Shown: positions 1 through 12,865, counted from the stretch's first letter. The stretch: DNA of 64,000 nt from Octopus sinensis (GCF_006345805.1 NC_043024.1:9858001-9922000), one strand, 5' to 3'. A program made the numbers and translations. Notes: a model not told the origin generated them from the sequence alone.

Positions 1-60
1 CGAAACCACGATCCTACGACTGCGAGTCCGCTGCCCTAACCACTGGGCCATTGCACCTCT
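1..60 (-). mobile_element. Head of tRNA-derived SINE family D, cut by window edge
   Basis: Reverse complement of the family D head at 2309 (TGGCCCAGTGGTTAGGGCAGCGGACTCGC...GTTTCG). Confidence 0.8.
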
Positions 61-596
61 ACACACACATATACATATGTATATATGCACACACACACAC
101 ACACACATTTACACACCCACATACACACACCTCTAGATTACGACACTTTCTGCCAACCAAATCCCTATCTCAGATCACGTCTGTGGTTAAATAATCCAGA
201 AGGCTGTTTCCCAATAACAAGGACCTGGTAACGAGGTGGATCTGGGTTCCATTCCAAGTCAATTCCCCAACTGCGTAATACTTTGAAAACAAGTATCTGC
301 TACTTGAGCCACTAATCCTGTCACCAGATCCTCGTTATTACAAATCAACCTTCTTAATTACTCACACAGCCATGACTGGACAGTTTGGTTTTTTTCTTTT
401 TTTTTCCTCTTTTTTTTATGTCAGAGGAAGTAGAAAAGATCAGCTGTTTTCTTTTTTTTTTCTGTTTTTGCATGGTTCATAATCTCTCTCCCTCCCTCTC
501 TCAAGCCTACCACAAACACAGACATTCGTATCCACAGAAACTTAAGTATGGATTTCAGTTACTGTTTCCTGCTTTTGTTCATTTATAATCATCATC

Positions 597-958
597 ATCA
601 TCATCGTTTAACGTCCGCTTTCCATGCTAGCATGGGTTGGACAGTTCAACTGGGGTCTGTGAAGCCAGAAGGCTGCACCAGGCCCAGTCTGATCTGGCAA
701 TGTTTCTACGGCTGGATGCCCTTCCTAACGCCAACCACTCCGCGAGTGTAGTGGGTGCTTTTTACGTGCCACCCGCACAGGTGCCAGACGGAGCTGGCAA
801 ACAGCCACGAACGGATGGTGCTTTTACGTGCCACCGGCACGGAGGTCAGTCGGGGCAGTGCTGGCAACAGCCACGAACGGATGGTGCTTTTTACGTGCCA
901 CCGACACGGGAGCCAGGCGAGGCTGGCAACGGCCACAAACGGATGGTGCTTTTTACGT
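597..958 (-). mobile_element. SINE-like family C with (GAT)n tail
   Basis: CATCATCGTTTAACGTCCGCTTTCCATGCTAGCATGGG tail plus internal GGTGCTTTTTACGTGCCAC subrepeats, shared with 3065, 12885, 30050 and 45725. Confidence 0.8.
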
Positions 959-981
959 AATAATAATAATAATAATAATAA

Positions 982-1508
982 TAATTAATTCTTTTATTGG
1001 CCACAAGGGCTGACAAAACACAGGACGAAAGATTACAAAAGGTTTTGTCCGTTTGCAAAACCCGTGTAAAAAACAGTATAACAACGAAAATATTTAACAA
1101 TGAAAAACTCCCAATAGGGGGAGGCGCTTCGAAAGGTTACTCGTGGGAAAACCCATAAAAGCCATGGGAGCCTGGTCAAAAGGGGGGTAGAGAGCCCCTT
1201 TCTCCTTTTGTAATACCTTTTTAAATCACAGGTGTAACCTCAGAATGGTTCCTTTCATACTGGCCATTCTTGCACAATTCACCCACCTTTCAGTAAACTT
1301 GCTATCAGACATCACTTCCCTCTCTACTCTCACCTTCCTTTTCAAGTGAAACTTGAAAAAGTTGATGAGGCCTGGGCCAAAGAGGGAAGTGTCTGACCTT
1401 AGCCCTTTCAAACGGGTCCATCATACCATCTCTTTCGCTACAGCCACTAGGCAAAGGAAAACTATCTTGCCCTCCCAGTTAAAGGAGGTCGGCGGGGCAA
1501 TCTTCACC
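982..1508 (-). mobile_element. 3' fragment of Tx1/L1-like LINE ORF2 and 3' UTR
   Basis: Minus frame reads VFLCLVAVAKEMVWWTRLKGL...KFTERWVNCARMASMKGTILRLHL*, resembling Tx1-type ORF2 C-termini. It ends AATAAA plus (TTA)n, and a paralogous tail lies at 63449-63745. Confidence 0.6.
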
Positions 1509-1559
1509 ATAATAATAATAATAATAACAACAGCAAGAGCATTCAGAGAGTGCAAACCT

Positions 1560-1890
1560 CCGCCAAGGCAACACCAATATCCTCTCAACGATTAGAACGA
1601 GATGATTTTTAAAATGAAAATATCTGAAATTAACCCGACTGCTCTCACAAATGAGAATACTAAAAATGAACCTGAATGCTCTCAAAAATTAAGGGAAAAA
1701 AAAAAACAGGGAAAATAATCCAGAATCCTTCTCCGGTACCGCATCAATCCCAAAATCAGATCAGTTTGTGCCAGTCACGAGGCCAAACATCCGAATCCAT
1801 CCAGCGGTTCTTGAGATATCTTGTCCACAGACAAACAAATAGACAAACGCAATTGAAAACAATACTTCCGTCTTTTTTAAGGTGGAGGTC
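1560..1890. mobile_element. Non-autonomous interspersed repeat (Helitron/HINE-like)
   Basis: Ends ACAGACAAACAAATAGACAAACGCAATTGAAAACAATAC, a style I recognise from invertebrate HINE-like repeats. Single copy here. Confidence 0.3.
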
Positions 1891-2308
1891 ATAATGGTTT
1901 CAAATTTTGCCACAAAGGCAGCAATTGTGAGGGAGGTGGGGGATGAGTCGATTACATTGACTCCAGTGTTCAGCTTGGAAGTTTCTTTCTTTCTTTTGCT
2001 TTTGTGGTGTTGGTCATGGTGGTAGTTGTGGGGTTTGTATGTAACACAAATATACATACACACACACACACTGTTAAACACTCACACACGCTTTCAATTT
2101 TTTACCTGATCTCTCTTTCCTTTTTTTCTCTCTCTCTCACTCACTCACACATGCAATATCTCCTACTCCCATCCCCCCCTTTCCTCTCCAATCTCTGTGA
2201 CTAATTTTGTTTACATTTTTGTGAGGATTAATTTTTCGTTATTTCGTTATACCTTTTAGTTCTGGAACAAACACACTCACACAGGTATATATATATATAT
2301 ATGTGTGT

Positions 2309-2690
2309 GGAGGTGCAATGGCCCAGTGGTTAGGGCAGCGGACTCGCGGTCATACGATCGCGGTTTCGATTCCCAGACCGGGCGTTGTGAGTGTTTATTG
2401 AGCGAAAACACCTAAAAGCTCCACGAGGCTCCGGCAGGGGATAGTGGGGATCCCTGCTGTACTCTTTCACCACAACTTTCTCTCACTCTTACTTCCTGTT
2501 TCTGTTGTACCTGTATTTCAAAGGGCCGGCCTTGTCACTCTCTGTGTCATGCTGAATATCCCCGAGAACTACGTTAAGGGTACACGTGTCTGTGGAGTGC
2601 TCAGCCACTTACACGTTAATTTCACGAGCAGGCTGTTCCGTTGATTCGGATCAACCGGAACCCTCGTCGTCGTAACCGACGGAGTGCTTC
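2309..2690 (+). mobile_element. tRNA-derived SINE family D
   Basis: Box A TGGCCCAGTGG and box B GGTTTCGATTCC. The head is shared with 36205, 40470-40780 and 41530. Confidence 0.85.
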
Positions 2691-2693
2691 CAT

Positions 2694-2732
<39 letters not shown>

Positions 2733-2967
2733 AGTGGCGACTCCAGCACTCTGGCTGTTCGGGCTGAGCCCTAGTATAAATTTAGTAAAGTGAACATGTA
2801 TTTGCAAACTGATTTAATTGCAGCCCATAACTCAGGCTCCTTTTTGTGAGCCTGGTCGCAGTTCACTTATTTTCCTTCAGCGTTGGGTAGTCATCTTAGA
2901 GGTGCCCTGTATCAAAAAATATCTTTCGTAACAGACATTCTCTCGACATTGTTCACATGTACCTTAC

Positions 2968-2996
2968 TTGGGCTCAGAAGTTACAGCCTGAGTTGT
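2968..2996 (-). CDS. Candidate 29-nt exon of a minus-strand transcript
   Basis: Acceptor ttttgtttttacaattatag and donor CAA|gtaagg. A 61-nt intron (2907-2967) then ends ttttttgatacag. Frame unresolved. Confidence 0.3.
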
Positions 2997-3064
2997 CTAT
3001 AATTGTAAAAACAAAAAGTAATTTGAATTCAATGTTTTCTTGCAACAATGAATTTCTATAGAGA

Positions 3065-3700
3065 GATCGAGTGTGATCGTTACCAGTGTCGCCTTACTGG
3101 TACCTGTGCCTCGTGCTAGTAGGGTGCCAAGAGCACCATCCGAGTGTGATCGTTGCCAGTGCAGCCAACTGGCTTTCGTGCCGGTGGCATATAAAGGGCA
3201 GCATTCGAGCGTGATCGTTGCCAGAGCGGCTAACCAACTTCCATACCAGTGGCACATAAAGGGCACCATTCGAGTGTGATCGTTACCAGGATCGCCTTAC
3301 TGGTACCTGTGCCCCGTGCTAGTAGGGTGTCAAGAGCACCATCCGAGTGTGATCGTTGCCAGTGCAGCCAACTGGCTTCCATACCCATGGCACATAAAAG
3401 GGCACCATTTGAGTGTGATCGTTACCAGCGTCGCCTTACTGGCACGTGTAAAAAGATTCGAGCGAGGTCCTTGCCAGTACCGCCTGACTGGGCTCCCGTG
3501 CCGGTGGCACGTAAAAAGCACCCACTACACTCTCGGAGTGGTTGGCATTAGGAAGGGCATCCAGCTGTAGAAACTCTGCCAGATCGAGATTGGAGCCTGG
3601 TGCAACCATCTGGTTCGCCAGTCTTCAGTCAAAATCGTCCAACCCATGCTAGCATGGAAAGCGGACGTTAAATGATGATGATGATGATGATGATGATGAT
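3065..3700 (+). mobile_element. SINE-like family C with internal tandem subrepeats and (GAT)n tail
   Basis: Repeated GAGTGTGATCGTTACCAG modules. Ends CCATGCTAGCATGGAAAGCGGACGTTAAATGATGATG. Confidence 0.85.
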
Positions 3701-4149
3701 TAGGATTTAAATTCCAATCTATGAAGAGTTTCCATTCTACAATATTCTTAAAAGAGCGGAAAATTATCCTCCAACTCAGGCTAATATCAACAAGCCAGGC
3801 AGGTGTATAAGACTACCTGGCATCTCTTGATGTTTGTTGTGCATTCCGCTGACATTATTTGATTGCTGTTATTCTGTGCATCTGTGTATAAAGATCAGTT
3901 GTGTTTTGCAGGGTTGCTTTATTTTTTACCCTTAAATCGGAAACTTAAAAATAGAGAAAAACATAGTGCTAGATATATAAAAAAATTAAGCCATTTGGGG
4001 CTAGAAATATTGCAGAAAAATGTGAAGTTCTTTGGGCAGACTTGTGTCTTATGCGAAATCTTTAATGAGCTCAAGTGATGCTGATAATCTGGAGTCGCCT
4101 CTGGTATATATGTGTGTGTATATGCATGCATATGTAATAGTAATATGCT

Positions 4150-4760
4150 TGAGAAGAAAGTCCATCAAGCCAAGTGAAATCGTAGTTGTGGCAGATACTG
4201 GTGTCATGCAAATGGCACGTAATAGTAAACTTTACACTCTCAGAGGGGTTGGCATCAGGAAGGGCATCCAGCCATAGAAAACCATACCAAATCAGACTGG
4301 AGTCTGGTGCAGCGTACCAGCCCAGATCAAACCGTCGGTTAACCTATGCCAGCATGGACAATGGACGTTAAATCATCATCATCATCGTGGATGGTATGAC
4401 CGGGGTCTGGGAAACTCCGTGAGTGTAGTGGGTGCTTTTTACGTGCCACTGGCCCAGGCCAGAGGAGGCTGGCAAACTGCCACAATCGGTTGGTGCTTTT
4501 TACGTGTCACCTACACGGATGCCAGTCAGGCGGCGCTGGCATCAGCCACGTTCGAACGGTGCTTTTTATGTGTCACTTGCACGGGTATCTTAACTACAAT
4601 CTCCATTTGATTTTCATTTTGATGTTGATGTTGACGTCCTTGACTCAATGTGTCTCCTCAAGAACAGTGGGTCATTCTACGATCCAAGGTTAGCACAGCA
4701 GGCCGTCCTGCAAGCCATGAACTCACTTCATTTGTTGGGTCTTCACCGTCACAACATGAT
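4150..4760. mobile_element. Two diverged family C fragments in opposite orientation
   Basis: + tail at 4240-4380, then minus-strand body GGTGCTTTTTACGTG...ACTCACTTCATTTGT. Confidence 0.7.
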
Positions 4761-4776
4761 GATAATGATGATGTGA

Positions 4777-5510
4777 GTTTTATATGGACCTTGGTTTGAG
4801 AAACACTGACCAAAGCAAATTCCAGGGGACCCATGAAAGCTTGGAAAGGTGGATGCTAAAATGCTGATGATGATGATGAAAGTTTTATATGGACCCTGGT
4901 TTGAGAAACACTGACCAAAGCAAATTCCAGGGGACCCATGAAAGCTTGGAAAGGTGGATGCTAAAATGCTGATGATGATGATGAAAGTTTTATATGGACC
5001 CTGGTTTGAGAAACACTGACCAAAGCAAATTCCAGGGGACCCATGAAAGCTTGGAAAGGTGGATGCTAAAATGCTGATGATGATGATGAAAGTTTTATAT
5101 GGACCCTGGTTTGAGAACACTGACCAAAGCAAATTCCAGGGGACCCATGAAAGCTTGGAAAGGTGGATGCTAAAATGCTGATGATGATGATGAAAGTTTT
5201 ATATGGACCCTGGTTTGAGAAACACTGACCAAAGCAAATTCCAGGGGACCCATGAAAGCTTGGAAAGGTGGATGCTAAAATGCTGATGATGATGATGAAA
5301 GTTTTATATGGACCCTGGTTTGAGAAACACTGACCAAAGCAAATTCCAGGGGACCCATGAAAGCTTGGAAAGGTGGATGCTAAAATGCTGATGATGATGA
5401 TGAAAGTTTTATATGGACCCTGGTTTGAGAAACACTGACCAAAGCAAATTCCAGCTGACCCATGAAGGCTTGGAAAAGTGGATAGTAAAACGCTGATGAC
5501 GCTGATGATG
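4777..5510. repeat. 105-bp minisatellite, about 7 copies
   Basis: Units start at 4777, 4882, 4987, 5092, 5196, 5301 and 5406. They are near-identical and the last copy is diverged. Confidence 0.95.
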
Positions 5511-6044
5511 ACAATGGCGGCAACATTGGTTTCCTTCTTCCCACTAAAAGAAAAGAAAACTTGTGTGTTTATATTGTTTTTATTTAATTATGTCGAGTGT
5601 ATAGTCAGAACTTACAATAATTCCCTATACACATTATTGGTCCTGGTCGTTAGACAACTTTGATTAGTTTCTCCATCATCGTTAACAAATCGTGATGTCA
5701 CTCGACTGGTTTCGAAGCTCGTTTGCTACTAAAAGGTTCTGCGTTTCTATGGTTATTTTTAATTGTCTTTTAGTATATAATTCGTGAACAATAGCTTCGT
5801 TAGTTACCGCTTTGTAATGAATCGGTCGTTGAGTTGCTATGTTTATGGATGACAATGAGGTTGACAGCAGGAGAAAATCTGGTCCGATGCGAGGAACACT
5901 GCAAAGTCCCGTTGTCTGTTTGTCTTTGTTTTGGCTGATGTTTCCATCTCATACCGAAAGGAATTGTCAAAGGGGACAGACCTAAATACATCTATGTGTG
6001 TGTATGTGTGCCTATGTGTGTGTTTCTGTGTGTGTGTACTTAGG

Positions 6045-7140
6045 GGTACGGGTATGGCTGTGTGGTAAGTAGCTTGCTTACCAACCACATGGTTCTGGGT
6101 TCAGTCCCGCTGCGTGGCACCTTGGGCAAGTGTCTTCTGCTATAGCCTCAGGCCGACCAAAGCCTTGTGAGCGGATTTGGTAGACGGAAACTAAAAGGCG
6201 GCAAGCTGACAGAATCGGTAACACGCCGGGCGAAATGCTTAGTGGTATTTCGTCTGCCGCTACGTTTTGAGTTCAAATTCCGCCGAGGTCGACTTTGCCT
6301 TTCATCCTTTCGGGGTCGATTAAATAAGTACCAGTTACGCACTGTGGTCGATATAATCGACTTAATCCGTTTAGCTGTCCTTGTTTGTCCTCTTTGTGTT
6401 TAACCTGTTGTGGGTAGTAAAGAAATAGGTATTTTGTCTGCCGCTACGTTTTGAGTTCAAATTCCGCCGAGGTCAACTTTGCCTTTCATCCTTTCGGGGT
6501 CGATTAAATAAGTACCAGTTACGCACTGTGGTCGATATAATCGACTTAATCCGTTTAGCTGTCCTTGTTTGTCCTCTCTGTGTTTAACCTGTTGTGGGTA
6601 GTAAAGAAATAGGTATTTCGTCTGCCGCTACGTTTTGAGTTCAAATTCCGCCGAGGTCAACTTTGCCTTTCATCCTTTCGGGGTCGATTAAATAAGTACC
6701 AGTTACGCACTGTGGTCGATATAATCGACTTAATCCGTTTAGCTGTCCTTGTTTGTCCTCTCTGTGTTTAACCTGTTGTGGGTAGTAAAGAAATAGGTAT
6801 TTCGTCTGCCGCTACGTTTTGAGTTCAAATTCCGCCGAGGTCAACTTTGCCTTTCATCCTTTCGGGGTCGATTAAATAAGTACCAGTTACACACTGGGGT
6901 CGAGGTAATCGACTTAATCCGTTTAGCTGTCCTTGTTTGTCCTCTCTGTGTTTAACCTGTTGTGGGTAGTAAAGAAATAGGTATTTTGTCTGCCGTTACA
7001 TTCTGAGTTCAAATTCTACTGAGGTCGACTTTGCCGTTCATCCTTTCAGGGTCAATATATTAAGTTCCAGTTTCATACTGGGGTCAATCTAGTCGACTGC
7101 CCCGCCCTCCTCCCACAAAATTTCAAGCCTTGTGCCTGGA
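6045..7140 (+). mobile_element. Family A head fused to family B SINE whose 184-bp body is repeated 4 times plus a partial copy
   Basis: GGTATT units at 6244, 6428, 6612, 6796 and 6980. The A-to-B junction is near GGAAACTAAAAGGCGGCAAGCTG (6186-6208). Confidence 0.9.
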
Positions 7141-7169
7141 GTAAAAACCAAAAAAAAAAAAAATAAATG

Positions 7170-7760
7170 TCTATTACTCTTTTACTTGTTTCAGTCATTT
7201 GACTGCGGCCATGCTGGAGCACCGCCTTTAATCGAGCAACTCGACCCCGGGACTTATTCTTTTTGAAAGCTCAGTACTTATTCTATCAGTCTCTTTTGCC
7301 GAACCGCTAAGTAACGGGGACATAAACACACCAGCATTGGTTGTCAAGCAATGCTAGGGGGACAAATACAGACACACACACACAAACACATATATATATA
7401 CATATATATACATATATACGACAGGCTTCTTTCAGTTTCCGTCTACCAAATCCACTCACAAGGCATTGGTCGACCCGGGGCTATAGCAGAAGACACTTGC
7501 CCAAGATGCCATGCAGTGGGACTGAACCCGGAACCGTGTGGTTGGTTAGCAAGCTACTTACCACACAGCCACTCCTGCGCCTATATACATATATATGACA
7601 GGCTTCTTTCAGTTTCCGTCTACCAAATCCACTCACAAGGCATTGGTCGGCCCGGGGCTATAGCAGAAGACACTTGCCCAAGATGCCACGCAGTGGGACT
7701 GAACCCGGAACCGTGTGGTTGGTTAGCAAGCTACTTACCACACAGCCACTCCTGCACCTA
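7170..7760 (-). mobile_element. SINE family A with duplicated head
   Basis: Tail TTTTACTTGTTTCAGTCATTTGACTGCGGCCATGCTGGAGCACCGCC and two heads ending CACACAGCCACTCC. Confidence 0.9.
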
Positions 7761-7807
7761 TTGATAATTTTAATTACTAAACGAATAAACATTTCTGTAA
7801 TCAGGCG

Positions 7808-7895
7808 GCTGGTGGTGGTGGTGGTGGTGGTGGTGATGGTGGTTGTGGTGGTGGTGGTGGTGGTGGTGGTGGTGGCGGTAGTGGTGGTGGTGATG
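7808..7895. repeat. (GGT)n microsatellite
   Basis: Direct reading. Confidence 0.95.
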
Positions 7896-8149
7896 GTGTT
7901 CATTTTCTCGTTTGTGAATCTTAACACTGCTTTTCGTTCATCTCCCTCCTATCCCACTTGCAAAGTCACGCACTGTTTATCTCGATATGCGGTCACTACG
8001 CCATGCACAAATTGTTGTGACGCATGTTCCTGGTGTACCCTTAGCAGACAGGTAGCCATGATTCGTATATTAGGTTTCATGGCGTGTCTGCTGCTCTCTC
8101 ACCCAATAATAATAATAATAATAATAATAATCCTTTCTGTCATAGGCAC

Positions 8150-8343
8150 TAGGCCTGAAATTTTGTGAGAGGGGAGTAGTTGATTACATCGACCCCAGTG
8201 TTTCACTGGTAGTTAATTTATCGACCCCGAAAGGATGAAAGGCAAAGTCGACCTCAGAGAAATTTGAACTCAGAGCGTAAAGACAGACGAAATACCACTA
8301 AGCATTTTAGCTGGCATGCTAACGATTCTGCCAGCTCGCTGCC

Positions 8344-8345
<2 letters not shown>
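8150..8345 (-). mobile_element. SINE family B
   Basis: CGACCCCGAAAGGATGAAAGGCAAAGTCGACCTC...TTCTGCCAGCTCGCTGCCTT. Confidence 0.85.
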
Positions 8346-9582
<1,237 letters not shown>

Positions 9583-9589
9583 GGTTTCA

Positions 9590-9778
9590 AATTTTGGTAC
9601 AAGGCCAGAATTTTCAAGAAAGAGTTGAATCAATTACCTTGACCCCTGTACTCAACTGGTACTTCTTTTATCGACCCTGGATGTATGACTGGCAAAGCCG
9701 ACCTTGGCAGAATTTGAACTCAGAATGTAAAGACAGATTTTTGTCCAACATGCTAACAATTCTGCCAGCTTGCCACCA
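9590..9778 (-). mobile_element. SINE family B
   Basis: Diverged copy of 8150-8345. Confidence 0.75.
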
Positions 9779-9783
9779 CGATA

Positions 9784-9827
<44 letters not shown>

Positions 9828-9833
9828 GATGAT

Positions 9834-10070
9834 GGTGCATTGGGAACTGTAAGTAATGATATAGAGAAATAGTTGAAGGGGATTGGAATAGAATATCCTG
9901 TAGAGCTTTTACAGAAAGTTTGCCTCTTTCTTAGGGGCAAGGAAGATTATCAGGAGGGTTCTAAGCACTTGAAAGGCTATTGATAGCTTGTGGGCACCCA
10001 AGGTTACAGGTAGTAACCTGCTACCCACATAAATCCTACCAGGAATGAAAACGAATGTGAGTCAAATCAA
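9834..10070 (+). mobile_element. 3' end of R4/Dong-like non-LTR retrotransposon (REL endonuclease clade)
   Basis: Reads GALGTVSNDIEK*LKGIGIEYPVELLQKVCLF, then after a frameshift ARKIIRRVLST*. This matches the GALG...LQK..LLGTA.I.R.VL C-terminal signature. Flanked by (TAA)n. Confidence 0.8.
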
Positions 10071-10072
10071 TG

Positions 10073-10131
<59 letters not shown>

Positions 10132-10134
10132 TCA

Positions 10135-10530
10135 AATTTTTTGCCCTAAAGGGCAGCTTGGGGGAAGGTGGGGCCGAGTCGATTACATCTATCCCAGTGT
10201 TCAACTGGTATTTATTTTATTGACCCCGAAAGGACAGAAGGCAAAGTCGACCTCGGTGAAATTTGAACTTGGAATGTAGCGACGGGCGAAATACCTATTT
10301 CTTTACTACCCACAAAGGGCTAAACACAGAGGGGACAAACAAGGACAAGCAAACGGATTAAATCGATTATATCGACCCCAGTGCATAACTGGTACTTATT
10401 TAATCGACCCCGAAAGGATGAAAGGCAAAGCCCTCCTCGGCGGAATTTGAACTTGGAATGTAGCGACAGGTGAAATACCTTTAAGTATTTCGTCCAGCGT
10501 GCTAACGATTCTGTCAGCCAGTTACCTTAA
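10135..10530 (-). mobile_element. SINE family B with two tandem bodies
   Basis: Two GACCCCGAAAGGA...GAATTTGAACTTGGAATG modules. Confidence 0.8.
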
Positions 10531-10599
10531 TAATAATAATAATAATAATATAATAACAGTGGTAGTAATAGTGGTGTTTTTCTTAATTATAGATAAGCC

Positions 10600-11100
10600 C
10601 TACCTGCACATGTCAGACAGTATGTAGCTCGCGTGCGCAGAGGAGAGCATGAGAGACGGGGGTGGGGACAAGCGTATAACAACCTTCACAGATTAGATTT
10701 GCTAATTTTAGACTTAATTGCCGGATTATCCTCCGCCGCTCCATAAATGCCGTATTTATTTCAATACGTTGAAATTTTTTTCCTTTTGGCTTTCCTACCT
10801 TTTTGTCAAGGTGATGTTGTTGGTGTTGGTGATGTTGTGAATTGGTTGGTTGATTATGTATTTTCAGATCTTAGTGCAGGTGGCGCCGGCGGCGGTGGTC
10901 ATGATGTTGCAGTTGATGTTTTTGTTTCGTCTGTCTGTGTGTCTGTCTGCCTGTCCACACTGCATGTGCGTAGCTGTTAGTTACGCTTAGCTTGCTGCGC
11001 TGCACGTATCGTGCAGCCTTTTGCTGCACTCACGCACTTGTTTGTTTTGCGACACTCGTTTGTAAGCGCCAGTTGGTTAAAAACTGCACTAGAGAGGTTA
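10600..11100. promoter_or_regulatory. CpG-enriched unique island, candidate promoter or first exon
   Basis: Many CpGs (GCTCGCGTGCGC, GGCGCCGGCGGCGG, CTGCGCTGCACGTATCGTGCAG) in otherwise CpG-poor unique DNA. Confidence 0.45.
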
Positions 11101-11109
11101 CGAGGGGGT

Positions 11110-11610
11110 CTTTTACTCTTTTACTTGTTTCAGTCATTTGACTGTGGCCATGCTGGGGCAACGCCTTCAAGAATATTAAGTTGAATGAATTAACCCAAGT
11201 ATCTCGCTCTTTTCATTTACTCTTTTACTTGTTCTAGTCATTTGACTGCGGCCATGCTGGAGCACCGCCATTAGTCGAGCAAATCGACCCCAGGACTTAT
11301 TCTTTGTAAGCCCAGTACTTATTCTATCAGTCTCTTTTGCTGAACCGCCAAGTTATGGGGACGTAAACTCACCAGCATTGGTTGTCAAGCAATGATGAGG
11401 GGACAAACACAGACACACAAACATATACACACATATACATATATATATGATGGGCTTCTTTCAGTTTCCGTCTACCAAATCCATTCACAAAGCTTTGGTC
11501 GGCCTGAGGCTATAGTAGAAGACACTTGCTCAAGGTGCCAGGCAATGGGAATGAACCCTGAACCATGTGGTTGGTAAGCAAGCTACTTACCACACAGCCA
11601 CTTCTGCACC
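11110..11610 (-). mobile_element. SINE family A with duplicated tail
   Basis: Standard family A tail and head. Confidence 0.9.
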
Positions 11611-12049
11611 TATATATATATATTTTTTTTTATGATTTGGTCAGCTGAGTGAGTGTAGACACACAGAACAAGTGGTGTCTTCTTAGGAGCCCTTTGAATT
11701 TTTTGAAATGAAAGGAGCATTGGACCTTTGAGGCAAAGATCTAGCCCCAAATGCAATCTGGGGCTGGCAGGGTTCAAGTGGGCATTCAATACATATAGTT
11801 TGGGAGCTGAGTCAACAGGAAAGAGTTCCAACTTGATGAAATCGCAAAGCAGTTTAAATGTCCGAGTCTCCTGTATCCAAGTGGCTAAGAAGTGTCTGCA
11901 GAAGGGCCCCCGAGGGTCATGACCTGAAATTGTCCCAGCCCCTTTAGCGTGTAAGAAGTTAAGGGCCAAGATATTTGCCTGAGTAAGGTTTCTTCTGAAG
12001 GCCTTCTGCTGTTCAGTTCTCTTGAGAGTTTCTTACCACCAAAAAGGGT

Positions 12050-12380
12050 AAAGACCCCTTCAGTCATGAATGATGATGGGATTGCACCTAGAAAGTTACC
12101 CTCTGAGGTACGAGTCTGGGCAAGGTTGTTTATGGAAGACCAGCAGTCGCCCATGCATCCCAGTCTCTCCACGCTACCAATGTTATCCAAGGGAAAGGCA
12201 AAGGGGCCGATACAGCTTGGCACCAGTGATGTCACAACTCATTTCTACAGCTGAGTGAACTGGAGCAACGTGAAATAAAGTGTCTTGCTCAAGAACACAG
12301 CACACAGCTCAGTCCAGGAATCGAACTCACAACCTCACGAGTGTGAGCCCCATGCTCAAACCACTGAGCCATGCACCTTC
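12050..12380 (-). mobile_element. tRNA-derived SINE family E
   Basis: Minus head GGTGCATGGCTCAGTGG...GTTCGATTCC, then CTTGAGCAAGACACTTTATTTCACGTTGCTCCAG, shared with 25120 and 27055. Confidence 0.8.
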
Positions 12381-12480
12381 ACACCACAACACACACACAC
12401 ACACACACACACACACAGCAAAATTATTTTCTCTCTTTCTTATTGTTGCATCTAGTGTTGTATTGAATAGAGGCACTCAA

Positions 12481-12523
<43 letters not shown>

Positions 12524-12833
12524 TGATTGCATATGTATGCACAAAACACGCATACACATGAGTGTATATTGATTATATACACAAGTACAAAACTGAGTTT
12601 ATATGAGGTTTTGTTTACCAGGCATATAAGTATATGTGTGTGTGCGTGTTTGTTCATCTATCTCTATCATTTCCTTTGTGTGTGCATGTGTGTGTGTATA
12701 TATATATGTATGTATGATATATATACATACATGCATAAACACACCTACACACATATTTAAAGTTCACTCATCTGAGGAAATTACCTGGTTTGCACACGAC
12801 TGTGTGTGTTTGTGCGTGGGTGTATGCATATAC

Positions 12834-12865
<32 letters not shown>

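Noticed and set aside
2309-2390. tRNA genes (also 17410-17475 and all SINE heads)
   Set aside because: Boxes A and B are present but they run into SINE bodies without a proper acceptor stem.
2833-2854. Histone 3' stem-loop-like GGCTCCTTTTTGTGAGCC
   Set aside because: The loop is too long for the canonical 6-bp stem/4-nt loop and no histone ORF lies upstream.
2968-2996. NSGCNF* resemblance to the 58032/58156 peptides
   Set aside because: Too short, and dependent on an assumed frame.
4777-5510. CRISPR-like regular array
   Set aside because: Whole units are identical with no unique spacers, the context is eukaryotic, and there are no cas genes.
11925-11975. Kinase-like ILALNFLHAKG
   Set aside because: No HRD, DFG or other kinase motifs follow.
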